Under the pieces are notes generated by a model. It ran no database searches. It saw only the letters and a list, made by a program, of their open reading frames with translations, and had not been told where the DNA came from. From an uncultured Verrucomicrobiae bacterium (GTDB taxonomy: Bacteria; Verrucomicrobiota; Verrucomicrobiia; Chthoniobacterales; JAATET01), in NCBI GenBank assembly GCA_963761705.1, contig CAVXHK010000003.1, positions 577,455-641,454 of the forward strand: 64,000 nucleotides of DNA. The letters are read 5' to 3'. A program made the position numbers and the translations under genes. Shown piece after piece: positions 19,687 to 28,459 of this stretch (its first letter is position 1; every line of letters starts with the position of its first letter).

Positions 19687-21026
19687 GAGACCGGGGTGCG
19701 TCTGATTTTGCCGCTGGGGGTTTTTGGGATTTCGGTGACGGTGCGGAATTCGAGCGGGACCTTATACCGAGCGAGGTGTTCGCGACAATACCGGGAGAGG
19801 ATCGCGGCGGATGGCGGATTCCCCGGGTCGGAGGGGAAGATCTCAGCGGCGGGGACGGAGCCGAACTGCGCGCTCGGTCGCGGGTAAACGCGGGCTTCGC
19901 GGACGGCTTCGTGAAGCGTGAGGACGGCTTCGATTTCTTCGGGAAAGCACTTGAGGCCGCCGACGTTGATCACGCAGGCGGTGCGGCCTTCGAGATAAAG
20001 AAATCCCTCGGCGTCCTGCCGAGCGAGGTCGCCGGTCGCGAACCAACCGTCGGCGTCAAGGACCTCGGTGCGGCTGCGCGGAGGTGAAAGGTAGGCGTCA
20101 AAGAAACCGGGGCCGCGGACGTGGAGGGGGCCGATGCCCTGCGGGTCGGGGTCGCGGACTTCGACTTCGAAACCGGGTTGCGGACGCCCAACGGATTCTG
20201 GACGCCCGGCGGGGTCGTCGAGGTTGAGGCACGGGAGACCGCATTCGATGATGCCGAGGCCCTGGCTGGGCGCGAGGCCGTAGCGGGTGGCGAAGGCGCG
20301 CGAGGTCTCGGCGGGAAGACGGGCGGAGGTGGAGACCGAGAGGCGAAGGGTCGGCCAAGGATCGCTGGATTTTTCCGCGGCGAGAAGTTGGTGGTGGAAC
20401 GGGGAGCCGTAGAAGACGGTGGCGTCGTGTTGGCGGGCGGTGGCCAGAATATCTGCGGCGAAGTGGCGATCGGGGAGGACGGTGGCGGCTCCATTCCAGA
20501 GGTAGAGCATGATCGAGACGGCGAAATGGTGTGCCATCGGGAGGATCCAGACGATGCGGTCGTCGGGGGTGATGCGGAGTCCGGCGTTGGCGGCTTCGAT
20601 GCGGGCGAGGAGGGTTTCGTGGGAGATGAGGACCCCTTTACTCGTGCCGGTGGTGCCAGAGCTGAAGCGGATGAAGGCCGGGTAAATTTGCTCACGCGAA
20701 GCCCTGAAGTCGCGAAGGGAAAGGGCAGCGGAATTGTCGAGAACGAGATCGGCCCCGGTGGTCGCGAGGAGCCGCTCGCGCTCGGGTGGAGCGAGTTCCG
20801 GGGGGATGGGGATGAAGGTGGCTCCGGAGCGGAGGATGGCGAGGGCTTGGACGATGTAATCGACGCCGTCGGGGTGGAGGAGGGCGATGCGGGGGACGGG
20901 CGGGAGGGTGGCGGCGGCTTCGGCGGAGAGGCTGTCAAGTTCGCCGTAGGTGACGGAGCGGGTGGGCGTCAGGATCGCTGGGGATGAAGGGATGGCGCGA
21001 CGGAAGATTTCTGTGGTTAGGTTCAT
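19683..21026 (-). CDS. AMP-dependent synthetase/ligase (adenylating enzyme)
   Basis: Start at ATG 21026 (MNLTTEIF...). Contains FSSGTTGTSKGV (A3 core), GWFATGD and PKTPSGKIRR (A10). The 773-aa track ORF's P/A/T/S-rich N-terminus is off-frame reading through the autotransporter 3' end. Confidence 0.85.
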   Translation of the reverse strand: MNLTTEIFRRAIPSSPAILTPTRSVTYGELDSLSAEAAATLPPVPRIALLHPDGVDYIVQALAILRSGATFIPIPPELAPPERERLLATTGADLVLDNSAALSLRDFRASREQIYPAFIRFSSGTTGTSKGVLISHETLLARIEAANAGLRITPDDRIVWILPMAHHFAVSIMLYLWNGAATVLPDRHFAADILATARQHDATVFYGSPFHHQLLAAEKSSDPWPTLRLSVSTSARLPAETSRAFATRYGLAPSQGLGIIECGLPCLNLDDPAGRPESVGRPQPGFEVEVRDPDPQGIGPLHVRGPGFFDAYLSPPRSRTEVLDADGWFATGDLARQDAEGFLYLEGRTACVINVGGLKCFPEEIEAVLTLHEAVREARVYPRPSAQFGSVPAAEIFPSDPGNPPSAAILSRYCREHLARYKVPLEFRTVTEIPKTPSGKIRRTPVS

Positions 21027-21033
21027 GCGGTTT

Positions 21034-21124
21034 TTGAACAGAAGGAAACGAAGGTAACCAAGGGGCGAAAATGCAATGAGGCGTCCCCCGTATTTCTTCG
21101 TTTCCTTCGTTACCGTTTGTTCAA
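21034..21124. repeat. REP-like palindromic element, copy B
   Basis: GAAGGAAACGAAG (21041-21053) pairs perfectly with CTTCGTTTCCTTC (21096-21108), and TTGAACA pairs with TGTTCAA at the outer ends. The loop core GGGGCGAAAATGCAATGAGGCGTC is 21/24 identical to copy C. It fills the gap between the autotransporter stop and the ligase start. Confidence 0.6.
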
Positions 21125-24100
21125 AACTGGATTCCGAGGCTCGCCGATACGGTGTGGCTGGTGAGGTCTTGGCGACCGAAGTCGGCATTGTAGTAAACGG
21201 AAGTGTTCCAGCGGTCGCCGAGTTGCGCGGTGACGCCAGCGCCCGCGAAGACACCGTCGCGACCGGGGTCGGCGGTGGCGGTGTCGAAGCTGGGGCCGGA
21301 TCCGGCGTCGAGGGCGGATCCGATGTTGCGGGAATTGTTGAGGAATTCGTGCTGCCAGAGGAGGCGGATCTCCGGAATGAGGCGGATGTTCGTTGTGAGG
21401 TCGATTGAGTAGGCGACGCGGCCGCCGAGGGTGGAGCGGAGACTGTGGACGTCCTGCTGATCGACGCGGAGGTCGAGGCTGTCGGCGTTGGTTTCGGTGA
21501 AGGGGGCGATGCCGAGGTAGGTGTATTGGGCTCCGGCGATGGGGCCGAAGGTGAAATTGCCGATGGTCCAGTCTTTACCGAGGTTGAGGGCGGCGCTTGC
21601 TTGGCCGGTCTCCTGGTCGCTGCGGGCCAGGCGGTCGACGGTGGAAAACTCGATTGCGCGGCGGACGCGGGCGCTGCTGAAGCCGCCGGAGATGACGCCG
21701 TCGGCGTAGTAGCCTTCGTGGGTGCAGCTGGCATAGGTGCCGAAGAGGGCGGAATTGATGACGGTGGAGCCGCCGCCGTCGTAGTCGGCGGTGGTGCCTT
21801 GGTAGCCGGCGAAAACGCCGGTGGTGAGGCCGTCGCGTTCGCTTCCATTCCAATCGTAGTCGGCTCCGATGAGGAAGCCGCCCGAGTCGAAACGGTGGTT
21901 GGGGACCTGGTTAACGCTGGTGACGCGGGCGAAGATGCCGCTGCCCATGGCCCAAGCGGTCCAGTCTGTGGGGGTGTTGGCGGCGGGGTCTTTGGGGTCG
22001 GCAAAGGCCTTGCCGTCCTTGTCGAAGGTGAGCGGTTCTTCGTCGAGGCCCATGAGCTGGAAGCCGCGGGCGCCGAGCCGGGCGGAGCTGAGGCGTTGGT
22101 TGACGAGTTGGGTGCGGGTGAAGGTTTCCTGAATCTGAATGTTGGCGATGCTCTGGTGGAAGGCGGGCGAGATCTGGTCGAAGGCGGCGGGGTAGCCTTC
22201 GGCGGTCAGAAAGTCGAGAGCGAGGGAGACGCGGTTGCGGTCGGGGTCGGACGAATCGATGAAGCTGTCCAGGGCGCGGGCGACGTTGCGCTGGTTCTGA
22301 GTTCCGGCCACGAGCGTGTAGCTGGCCGGCGCGATGAGGAGAGTGCCGGTGCCGGAGTCGTTCAAGAAGCGACCGCGGTAACGGGAGGGATCGGCGAAGG
22401 TGATGCGGTCGAAGTCGCCGGTGATGCGGTCGGCGAAGAGGAGGGGGATTCTTTGGCCGAAGGCAAACGACTTGCCGAGATTGATGGTGCGGAGGGTCCC
22501 GGCGAGCGCCGCGGTGCCGGTGACGAGGAGACGGTCGAAGGCGGCGGGGCTGGCAACTTCGAGATCGAAAGTGCCGGTGGCGGTCTGGGCGAAGTCGCCG
22601 TTGATGGAGAGGGTGCCGGGACTGTTGCCGGGGGAAAGAGTGCCGCGGTTGGTGACATCGCCGATGAGGAGGCCGGTGCCACCGAGGAGGGCGGTGCGGG
22701 CGACGTCGACGCCGCCGGGCGATCGAAGGGTGCCGTTGACGAGGAGACCGCCAGACTCGACGAGGGTGGCGCCGGCGACGTCGAAGGTATTGCTCGTGAT
22801 CAAAGAGCCGGGGCCGGTCTTGCGGAGATCGCCGGGAGTGCGCAGGAGGTCGCCGGTGATGAGGCTGGTGCCGCCGAGCGCGTTGAGTTCGCCGGAGGTG
22901 ACGGTGAGGGTGTTGAAGATTTGGAGCGAGCTGCCGGGCTGGAAGCGGAGGGAGTTAATGGTGTTGTCCTCGGTCGGGGTGCCGGTGGTGACGCGGCCGT
23001 CCACCGTGAAGTCGGCGGTGGTCGCGACGTTGACGGGATTGCTGTTTTGGAGGAGGGGGCCGGAGGTGACGGGCGGCGGCGTGAAGGTGACGAACAGGCG
23101 CTTGCCCGCGATGCGGAAGATGGGGACGAGTTGTTGAAGGCGGTTGCCGAGGAAGTCGGTGATGGCGTCGAAGCGCGCGAGATTGCGGGCGGTGAGGATG
23201 AGATACTCGGCGGCGGGGTCGAAGCGGGCGGTGTTGTTGAAGCGGAAGCGAATGGGATCGGACAGGCTCAGTCGACCCCGGGCGTTGACGAGGTCGGTTT
23301 TGTTGCCGAGATCGGTGGCGATCCGGCCTCCACGGTAGTCGAGCGAGTTGATGTTCAGCGTTCCCACCGGGTCGAGAGTGCCGTCGTTCAACGTCACCGC
23401 CGCGCGGCGACCGAGGGCGGAGGAATTGGTCGTCCGAACGGTCCCGGCGTCGATGGTGGTGCCGCCGGTGTAGCTGCTTTGGCGGGAGAGCGTCAGCGTG
23501 CCGGCCCCGGTTTTGGTGAGTCCGCCGGCGCCGGAAATGGGAGCGTTCAGGCGAAGGGTGGCGTCGGCTTGCAGGGTGCCGCCGCGTTTTTCGAGGACGA
23601 AGAACCGGCTCGTTGCGAGGGCGGCGGTGTTTTGCAGGGTTCCGCCGTCGAAGGTCACGAACGTGCTCCGAGCGCCGAGGTTTTCGTCGCGGCTGATCGA
23701 GAGGGTGCCTTTGGAAAGATGGGTGCCGCCGGAATAGGTGTTGGTGCCGGTGAGGATGGTGCGGCCAGGGCCGCTGTGATTGACGGTGACGGTGCCCGAG
23801 ATCGTGATGGGCGCGCCGCCCGGCGTGCCGTCGGTGGTGAACGCGTAGTTGGACTGCGAGTGGTCGAAGTTCAGCGTGGCCATTCCGTCTCCACCGTTGA
23901 TTTCCCCGACCGAGAGAATGCCCGCGGTGCCGCCGGTGCCGACGTTGATCGTGCCGATGGAACCGCTTTCTTCGGCGAGGGCGATGACGGGAGCGCGGAC
24001 GGTGCCCCCGGTAAGGTCGAGGCGACCGGTGCCGCCGGAGCCGACGGAGAGACCGTCCGAGTTGGTCCAAGAGCCGCCGCTGACCTGAACGGTGCCGGTC

Positions 24101-25146
24101 GAGCCGGGTTCGACGCCGAGGAAGCTGATCTGGTTGGTCACGCTGCCCGTCCCGCTGACCTCGAGGATGCCTTCGCCCTCGAAACCGAGGATGAGGTTGG
24201 ACGCGAGGGTCCACGAACCACCGCTGAGCGATACCGTGCCGATGGCGTCCTGATCGAAGCCGACGATGGCGCCCTGGCTGTCGACCTGCCCGGTGCCGCT
24301 GATTTCGAGCGTGCCCATGCCGCGATTGCCGACGGTGAGGGTGTCGGAGTTCGTCCAGGTCCCGCTGGAGATGCGGGCGGTGCCGACGGAACCTTCGAGG
24401 AAGCCGAGGAAGCCGGTGGCGTTCGTGACGGTGCCGCCGTTGGTGACCTCGAGGGTGCCGTTGCCGCTGGACCCGATGACGATGGCGCCGTTGCTGGCGA
24501 GGGTTCCCCCTGATACTCGCGCGACTCCAGTGGATCCGGTGTCGCCCGCAATGCCGACCACGACGCCGGTGACCGAGCCGCCGGTCGGAACGTTGAGCGT
24601 GGCGTTGTCTCCCGGGTCGAAGCCGACGACGATCTGGCCGGAAGGGGTGTTGATCGAGCCGGAGACGGCGAGGGTGCCGGTGCTGATGACGGTGTCGCCG
24701 GTGTAGGAGTTGGCGGCGGAGAGGGTGAGGGTGCCGGGACCCTGTTTGGTCAGGGAACCTGAGCCGGTGACCGGGGCGGAGATGGAGGTGTTGCCAGCGG
24801 CGGTGGTGAAGTTGGTGTTCCCAGCGATCTCCAAATTGCCTGACCCCGAGGCCGTGACGGTGTAGCCCGGAGTCTGGAAATCGACGTCGGCGGGGTCAGC
24901 GGTGAAGCCGTCGGCGATGGTGGCGGTGCCAGCTGTACCGGCGAAGACGGCGTCAAGCCCGCCCGCCCAAGTTGCGTTGGCGGTGCCGGCGGTGTTGGTC
25001 CAGTTGGTGGTGGCGACGTTCCAGATGCCGGTGCCGCCGTCGATGGTGCCATTGGCGGTAGTGTTGGCTCCGTCCCAGAACTGCTGAGCGTCCAATGTTG
25101 CGATGGTAAGCGCCGCTAAGAGGAGCAATGAGAATTTGGTTGTCAT
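21121..25146 (-). CDS. autotransporter outer-membrane protein with autotransporter-associated beta-strand (PATR) repeats
   Basis: Signal peptide from ATG 25146 (MTTKFSLLLLAALTIATLDAQ). It has a dozen or more G-T/S-rich 'GxGTLTLSxxNSYTGxTxIxxGTL' repeats and a C-terminal beta-barrel domain ending ...SLGIQF with a terminal Phe. The + ORF 21445..24513 is its antisense shadow. Confidence 0.85.
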   Translation of the reverse strand: MTTKFSLLLLAALTIATLDAQQFWDGANTTANGTIDGGTGIWNVATTNWTNTAGTANATWAGGLDAVFAGTAGTATIADGFTADPADVDFQTPGYTVTASGSGNLEIAGNTNFTTAAGNTSISAPVTGSGSLTKQGPGTLTLSAANSYTGDTVISTGTLAVSGSINTPSGQIVVGFDPGDNATLNVPTGGSVTGVVVGIAGDTGSTGVARVSGGTLASNGAIVIGSSGNGTLEVTNGGTVTNATGFLGFLEGSVGTARISSGTWTNSDTLTVGNRGMGTLEISGTGQVDSQGAIVGFDQDAIGTVSLSGGSWTLASNLILGFEGEGILEVSGTGSVTNQISFLGVEPGSTGTVQVSGGSWTNSDGLSVGSGGTGRLDLTGGTVRAPVIALAEESGSIGTINVGTGGTAGILSVGEINGGDGMATLNFDHSQSNYAFTTDGTPGGAPITISGTVTVNHSGPGRTILTGTNTYSGGTHLSKGTLSISRDENLGARSTFVTFDGGTLQNTAALATSRFFVLEKRGGTLQADATLRLNAPISGAGGLTKTGAGTLTLSRQSSYTGGTTIDAGTVRTTNSSALGRRAAVTLNDGTLDPVGTLNINSLDYRGGRIATDLGNKTDLVNARGRLSLSDPIRFRFNNTARFDPAAEYLILTARNLARFDAITDFLGNRLQQLVPIFRIAGKRLFVTFTPPPVTSGPLLQNSNPVNVATTADFTVDGRVTTGTPTEDNTINSLRFQPGSSLQIFNTLTVTSGELNALGGTSLITGDLLRTPGDLRKTGPGSLITSNTFDVAGATLVESGGLLVNGTLRSPGGVDVARTALLGGTGLLIGDVTNRGTLSPGNSPGTLSINGDFAQTATGTFDLEVASPAAFDRLLVTGTAALAGTLRTINLGKSFAFGQRIPLLFADRITGDFDRITFADPSRYRGRFLNDSGTGTLLIAPASYTLVAGTQNQRNVARALDSFIDSSDPDRNRVSLALDFLTAEGYPAAFDQISPAFHQSIANIQIQETFTRTQLVNQRLSSARLGARGFQLMGLDEEPLTFDKDGKAFADPKDPAANTPTDWTAWAMGSGIFARVTSVNQVPNHRFDSGGFLIGADYDWNGSERDGLTTGVFAGYQGTTADYDGGGSTVINSALFGTYASCTHEGYYADGVISGGFSSARVRRAIEFSTVDRLARSDQETGQASAALNLGKDWTIGNFTFGPIAGAQYTYLGIAPFTETNADSLDLRVDQQDVHSLRSTLGGRVAYSIDLTTNIRLIPEIRLLWQHEFLNNSRNIGSALDAGSGPSFDTATADPGRDGVFAGAGVTAQLGDRWNTSVYYNADFGRQDLTSHTVSASLGIQF

Positions 25147-25838
25147 TGGCGATTCGTTGCATTCGGTCTGCCCGATTTTCTGAGTCGTCCTGCAGCAGTC
25201 TCGGACGGGCTTTGCCATCCTCCGCGAGTTTCTCGAGATCGGAGCGAAAAGGTCAGGGCAATTCCTCCGATCACGAGGAGGGCAATCACGCCCGGCTCAG
25301 GGACTGCGCCGGTGACAATGGGTTGGTTGAATTCGGTCTCGATGGCGTGGTCGACGAGGGTGAGGGTTGAATTTGGCCCGTCGTCGACGTAGGTGAAGCG
25401 CGCCCAGCCGAAGCGGGTATTGTCCTCGTCGGCACCGGTCATGAGTCCGATGAACCCGGTCGCGCCGCCGCCGTAGCCGCCGACGGTCTCGTTGAAGAGG
25501 TCCTGGTAGAAGAAGCCGTTGTTCTGGGCGGAGAGGAACGTCTTGTCGATGGTGACGCCTGGTCCGATGAGTGGGAGACCTTCGTTCGGGTTTGCGCGGA
25601 TGAGGCCGGTGAAGCCTTCGACCTCGGGCGAAGCGGGATCGTTGGAGAGGAAGAGGAGGCGGGCGTCGTTGCCGGGGCCGCCGCTGTAGTTGAAGAAGGC
25701 GTCGCCGCCGGTGGGGGTGATCGTGAGGTTGACCGGGCCGGAGTAGATGATGGCGGCGTGGGTGAATGGCGCGAGGGGGAGGATGAGGATGAGGCCTGCA
25801 GCGGTCGCGCCGAGTAATTTGAATGGCGTTGCGATCAT
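25143..25838 (-). CDS. PEP-CTERM domain protein
   Basis: Signal peptide and a C-terminal VPEPGVIALLVIGGIALTFSLRSR sorting motif (PEP + TM + basic). Its stop overlaps the autotransporter ATG as ATGA. Confidence 0.75.
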   Translation of the reverse strand: MIATPFKLLGATAAGLILILPLAPFTHAAIIYSGPVNLTITPTGGDAFFNYSGGPGNDARLLFLSNDPASPEVEGFTGLIRANPNEGLPLIGPGVTIDKTFLSAQNNGFFYQDLFNETVGGYGGGATGFIGLMTGADEDNTRFGWARFTYVDDGPNSTLTLVDHAIETEFNQPIVTGAVPEPGVIALLVIGGIALTFSLRSRETRGGWQSPSETAAGRLRKSGRPNATNRQ

Positions 25839-25860
25839 TTTGACGGTTCGCGGCGGCGGG

Positions 25861-27441
25861 TCAGCGTCGGAAGCGGCCGAAGGTGTAGCGGGGGCGGCGG
25901 GTGGTGTTGTCGTTTTCGACGAAGGCTTCGGTGTAGTCGTCGAAGTCGAAGTAGTCGTCGAGGGCGGGGAGGTTGAGTTGCCGGAACCGGGCGTCGCGGG
26001 CGTTGGTGAAGCGGGCGGCCCGGAGACCGGTGCGGTCTTCGCCCCGGGTCATGTAATAGAACGTGTCGCCGGAGAAGTGCCGGAGGATGAATCGCTGGCG
26101 GTCGGGGCCGATGCGCATGATCAGGCGATTGCCGCGGGCTTGGAGGCGGACGGGGCCGTAGAAGCCGCTCCGGTAGCGGCCGGCGTAGGAGGAGAGGGGG
26201 CGCGGTGGGGTGAAATCGGCGGGGCGGCGGCGGTAGTCGGTTGGGTCGCGACCAAGCTGGTCGGCAGCGAGTTCCGCGAAGCGCTCGTTGGCGAAGGCGA
26301 CCCAGTTGCGGCTGAGCTTGCCGAGGAAGAGGAAGTCAGCGAACGAGAAGTCGAGGCCTTCCGGGATGCCGTGCGGAGCGGAGTTGCAGAGGACGGCAAT
26401 GCCGAGATTTTCGGTTGGGTAAAGCGCGACGGCGGAGCGGACGCCCAGGAAGAATTCGCCGGAGTGGGACCAAACGGTGCGGTCGAATCGGGTGCCAACG
26501 TTCCAGCCCAGACCATAGAATCCGCCAGTGGTCTTGATCTGGGGGCGGTGGGTTTCGCCGAGGGGCTGGGCGGCAATGATCTGCCGGCCCTCGAAACGTC
26601 CGCCGTTGAGCTGGAGTCGCAACCAGCGCGACAGATCGCGAACGTTGGTGCTGACGCCGCCGGCGGGGGCTTGGGCGTCGGCGTTGCGACGGAAGCGGGC
26701 GACCCATTTTCCGTTCATGATAAAATCGTTGTCGTCCGGGGTATGCATGGCGGCCCGGTTGGGCGCGGACCGAAAGTCGGCTGAGCGCATGCTGGTGGAG
26801 GTCATGCCCAGAGGGTCGAACAGGCGGCGTTCCGCGATGGTGGGCCAGTCGGTGCCGGCCGCGGCAGCGGCGGCGAGTCCGCCCACGGTGAGCCCCATGT
26901 TCGAGTACTCGTAGCGGGAGCGGAATCCGCCGAGGAGGGGAAATTGGCGGAGGCGGCGGACGATCGGCGCTTGGGAAAAGCCGAGGTTTTCGAGGAGATC
27001 GCCGGCGTGAGGGGGGAGGCCGGTGCGGTGACTGAAGGCATCGCGGAGACTGACATTCCGGGTGGCGGCGGGATTGCTGAGGCGGAAATTGGGGAGGTTC
27101 CTGATGAGGGGCTCGTCCCAGGTGACGGTGCCGTCGCCGACGAGTCCGGCGACGATGGTGCTGGAGATGGGCTTGGAGACGGAGGCGATCTGAAAGACCG
27201 TGTCCGGCGTGACGGGCTGCGAGGTTCCCACTTTGCGAACACCGTAGCCCTTGAGGAAGATGACCTCGTCATTGTGAACGACCGCGATGGCCATGCCCGG
27301 AATCCCGGTCGTGCGCATGGCGCGCTCGGCGACGGCGTCCATGCGAAGGACGGCGGTTTGGACGGCTTCGCGACTGAGCTGGGCCGAGAGCGACGAGATA
27401 GCAAGGAGGCTGGCGAGAGTGGTGGCGAGGCGGGTTTTCAT
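25861..27441 (-). CDS. serine hydrolase, beta-lactamase/PBP4* family (secreted)
   Basis: Signal peptide and an SxxK motif (ASVSKP) about 70 aa in; 526 aa with a C-terminal extension domain. Confidence 0.8.
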   Translation of the reverse strand: MKTRLATTLASLLAISSLSAQLSREAVQTAVLRMDAVAERAMRTTGIPGMAIAVVHNDEVIFLKGYGVRKVGTSQPVTPDTVFQIASVSKPISSTIVAGLVGDGTVTWDEPLIRNLPNFRLSNPAATRNVSLRDAFSHRTGLPPHAGDLLENLGFSQAPIVRRLRQFPLLGGFRSRYEYSNMGLTVGGLAAAAAAGTDWPTIAERRLFDPLGMTSTSMRSADFRSAPNRAAMHTPDDNDFIMNGKWVARFRRNADAQAPAGGVSTNVRDLSRWLRLQLNGGRFEGRQIIAAQPLGETHRPQIKTTGGFYGLGWNVGTRFDRTVWSHSGEFFLGVRSAVALYPTENLGIAVLCNSAPHGIPEGLDFSFADFLFLGKLSRNWVAFANERFAELAADQLGRDPTDYRRRPADFTPPRPLSSYAGRYRSGFYGPVRLQARGNRLIMRIGPDRQRFILRHFSGDTFYYMTRGEDRTGLRAARFTNARDARFRQLNLPALDDYFDFDDYTEAFVENDNTTRRPRYTFGRFRR

Positions 27442-27529
27442 GTTGATTGGTGGGTATGGGTCGAGGTGGTGCCGATGCTACGGGTTTTATCCGCTACTCT
27501 GTCGATAAAACCTATTATTACTCGTCGAA

Positions 27530-27558
27530 TGACATCAATTGTTGACGGGTGACATCGA
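27530..27558. promoter_or_regulatory. direct repeat TGACATCAA-N11-TGACATCGA in the divergent promoter region (candidate LytTR box)
   Basis: Two 9-mers, 8/9 identical, start 20 bp apart just upstream of or overlapping the LytTR regulator start. LytTR regulators typically bind paired 9-bp direct repeats about two helical turns apart. Confidence 0.3.
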
Positions 27559-27578
27559 CTGGATTGAATGCCGCTCCG

Positions 27579-28454
27579 ATGAGGGCGGTGGACGAGGCGA
27601 TTTTTTGGCGTAGGACGGCGGCGTTGCTGCTCGGAGCGTCCGTTGATGGGGGGATCAATCGCATTCTGAGGATGCTCGGCGAGGCCCACGGGGCGGATCG
27701 GGCGTGGTTAATTCGCTACGATTGGGGGTTTACGCATTTTTGGAACACGCACGAGTGGGCGCGGGGTGAGGCGAGCGCGTACGTGGGCGAGCTCCAGGGT
27801 ATCCCCGTGGAGCTCGCTGCGTGGTTGCACGAGAGCCTGCTGAACGATCGCCCGGTGTATCTGGCGGATACGCGGAAGATGCCCCGGCGGGCGCGGGCTC
27901 TGCAGGCCGAGTTTCGGCGGCAGGGGATCAAGTCGCTGCTGGCGGTGCCGGTCTTTTTTCGGGGACGCCTGGCGCTCCAGATCGGTTACGACACCACGCG
28001 GGAGAGGGCGAGTTGGACGGAGGAGGACGTTGAACTTCTGCGGAGGGTGGGTCGGTTATTTGCGCGGAGGCTGCTCGCGTATTCGCGCGCGCCGGCCTTT
28101 GCGGAGGGGATCAAGCCGGGGGAGCCAGCGGTGGTGCATCTGCAGAATGCGTCGGAGCATCGCGGGGTTGGGATGGCGGAGATCACGCACCTGGCAGCGC
28201 AGGGGGATTACAGTCGGGTGCATTTGCTCGGCGGCGGGACGGCGTTGGACTCGCGGAGCCTGAAGCACTGGGAGAGCGAGTTGTCGGAACGGCAGTTCGT
28301 TCGGGTGTCGCGGTCGGTGATCGTAAACTTTGCTTACGTGGAGGGTCTGGACCGGCGGGGAGGGGCCTGGCGGCTGGCGGTGCGGGAAGTCGAAGGAGCG
28401 ATCGCCGTAGGTCGGAGCTATCGACCGGGACTGCGGCAGCGGATGGATTTCTGA
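27579..28454 (+). CDS. GAF-domain / LytTR DNA-binding transcriptional regulator
   Basis: The C-terminal ~100 aa (ITHLAAQGDYSRVHLLGG...FVRVSRSVIVNFAYV) match the LytTR domain, and the N-terminal ~170 aa are GAF-like. I prefer ATG 27579 (MRAVDEAIF...); the track's GTG 27549 is possible. Confidence 0.7.
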   Translation: MRAVDEAIFWRRTAALLLGASVDGGINRILRMLGEAHGADRAWLIRYDWGFTHFWNTHEWARGEASAYVGELQGIPVELAAWLHESLLNDRPVYLADTRKMPRRARALQAEFRRQGIKSLLAVPVFFRGRLALQIGYDTTRERASWTEEDVELLRRVGRLFARRLLAYSRAPAFAEGIKPGEPAVVHLQNASEHRGVGMAEITHLAAQGDYSRVHLLGGGTALDSRSLKHWESELSERQFVRVSRSVIVNFAYVEGLDRRGGAWRLAVREVEGAIAVGRSYRPGLRQRMDF

Positions 28455-28459
28455 TTTTG

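Noticed and set aside
19683-22004. 773-aa version of the AMP-ligase ORF. The same type of N-terminal extension occurs on the ORFs 17810-18853, 36233-37855, 46819-48156, 49217-51199, 54811-56745, 38235-39788 and 8936-10402.
   Set aside because: The extensions are P/R/T/S-rich, overlap the neighbouring gene, and precede an internal start. That internal start gives a canonical N-terminus and a 4-nt or short-gap junction with the upstream gene.
21445-24513. 1022-aa + ORF, together with similar long ORFs at 2647-4341(-), 13132-14274(-), 16790-18376(+), 29409-30842(+), 35095-36345(+), 36260-37369(+), 48264-49355(+), 52685-54421(+), 59120-60499(+), 54779-56116(-) and 61322-63004(-)
   Set aside because: All lie antisense or off-frame to genes with strong family motifs. 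They show the G/A/V/E/D- or R/P-rich composition expected of shadow ORFs in GC-rich DNA.
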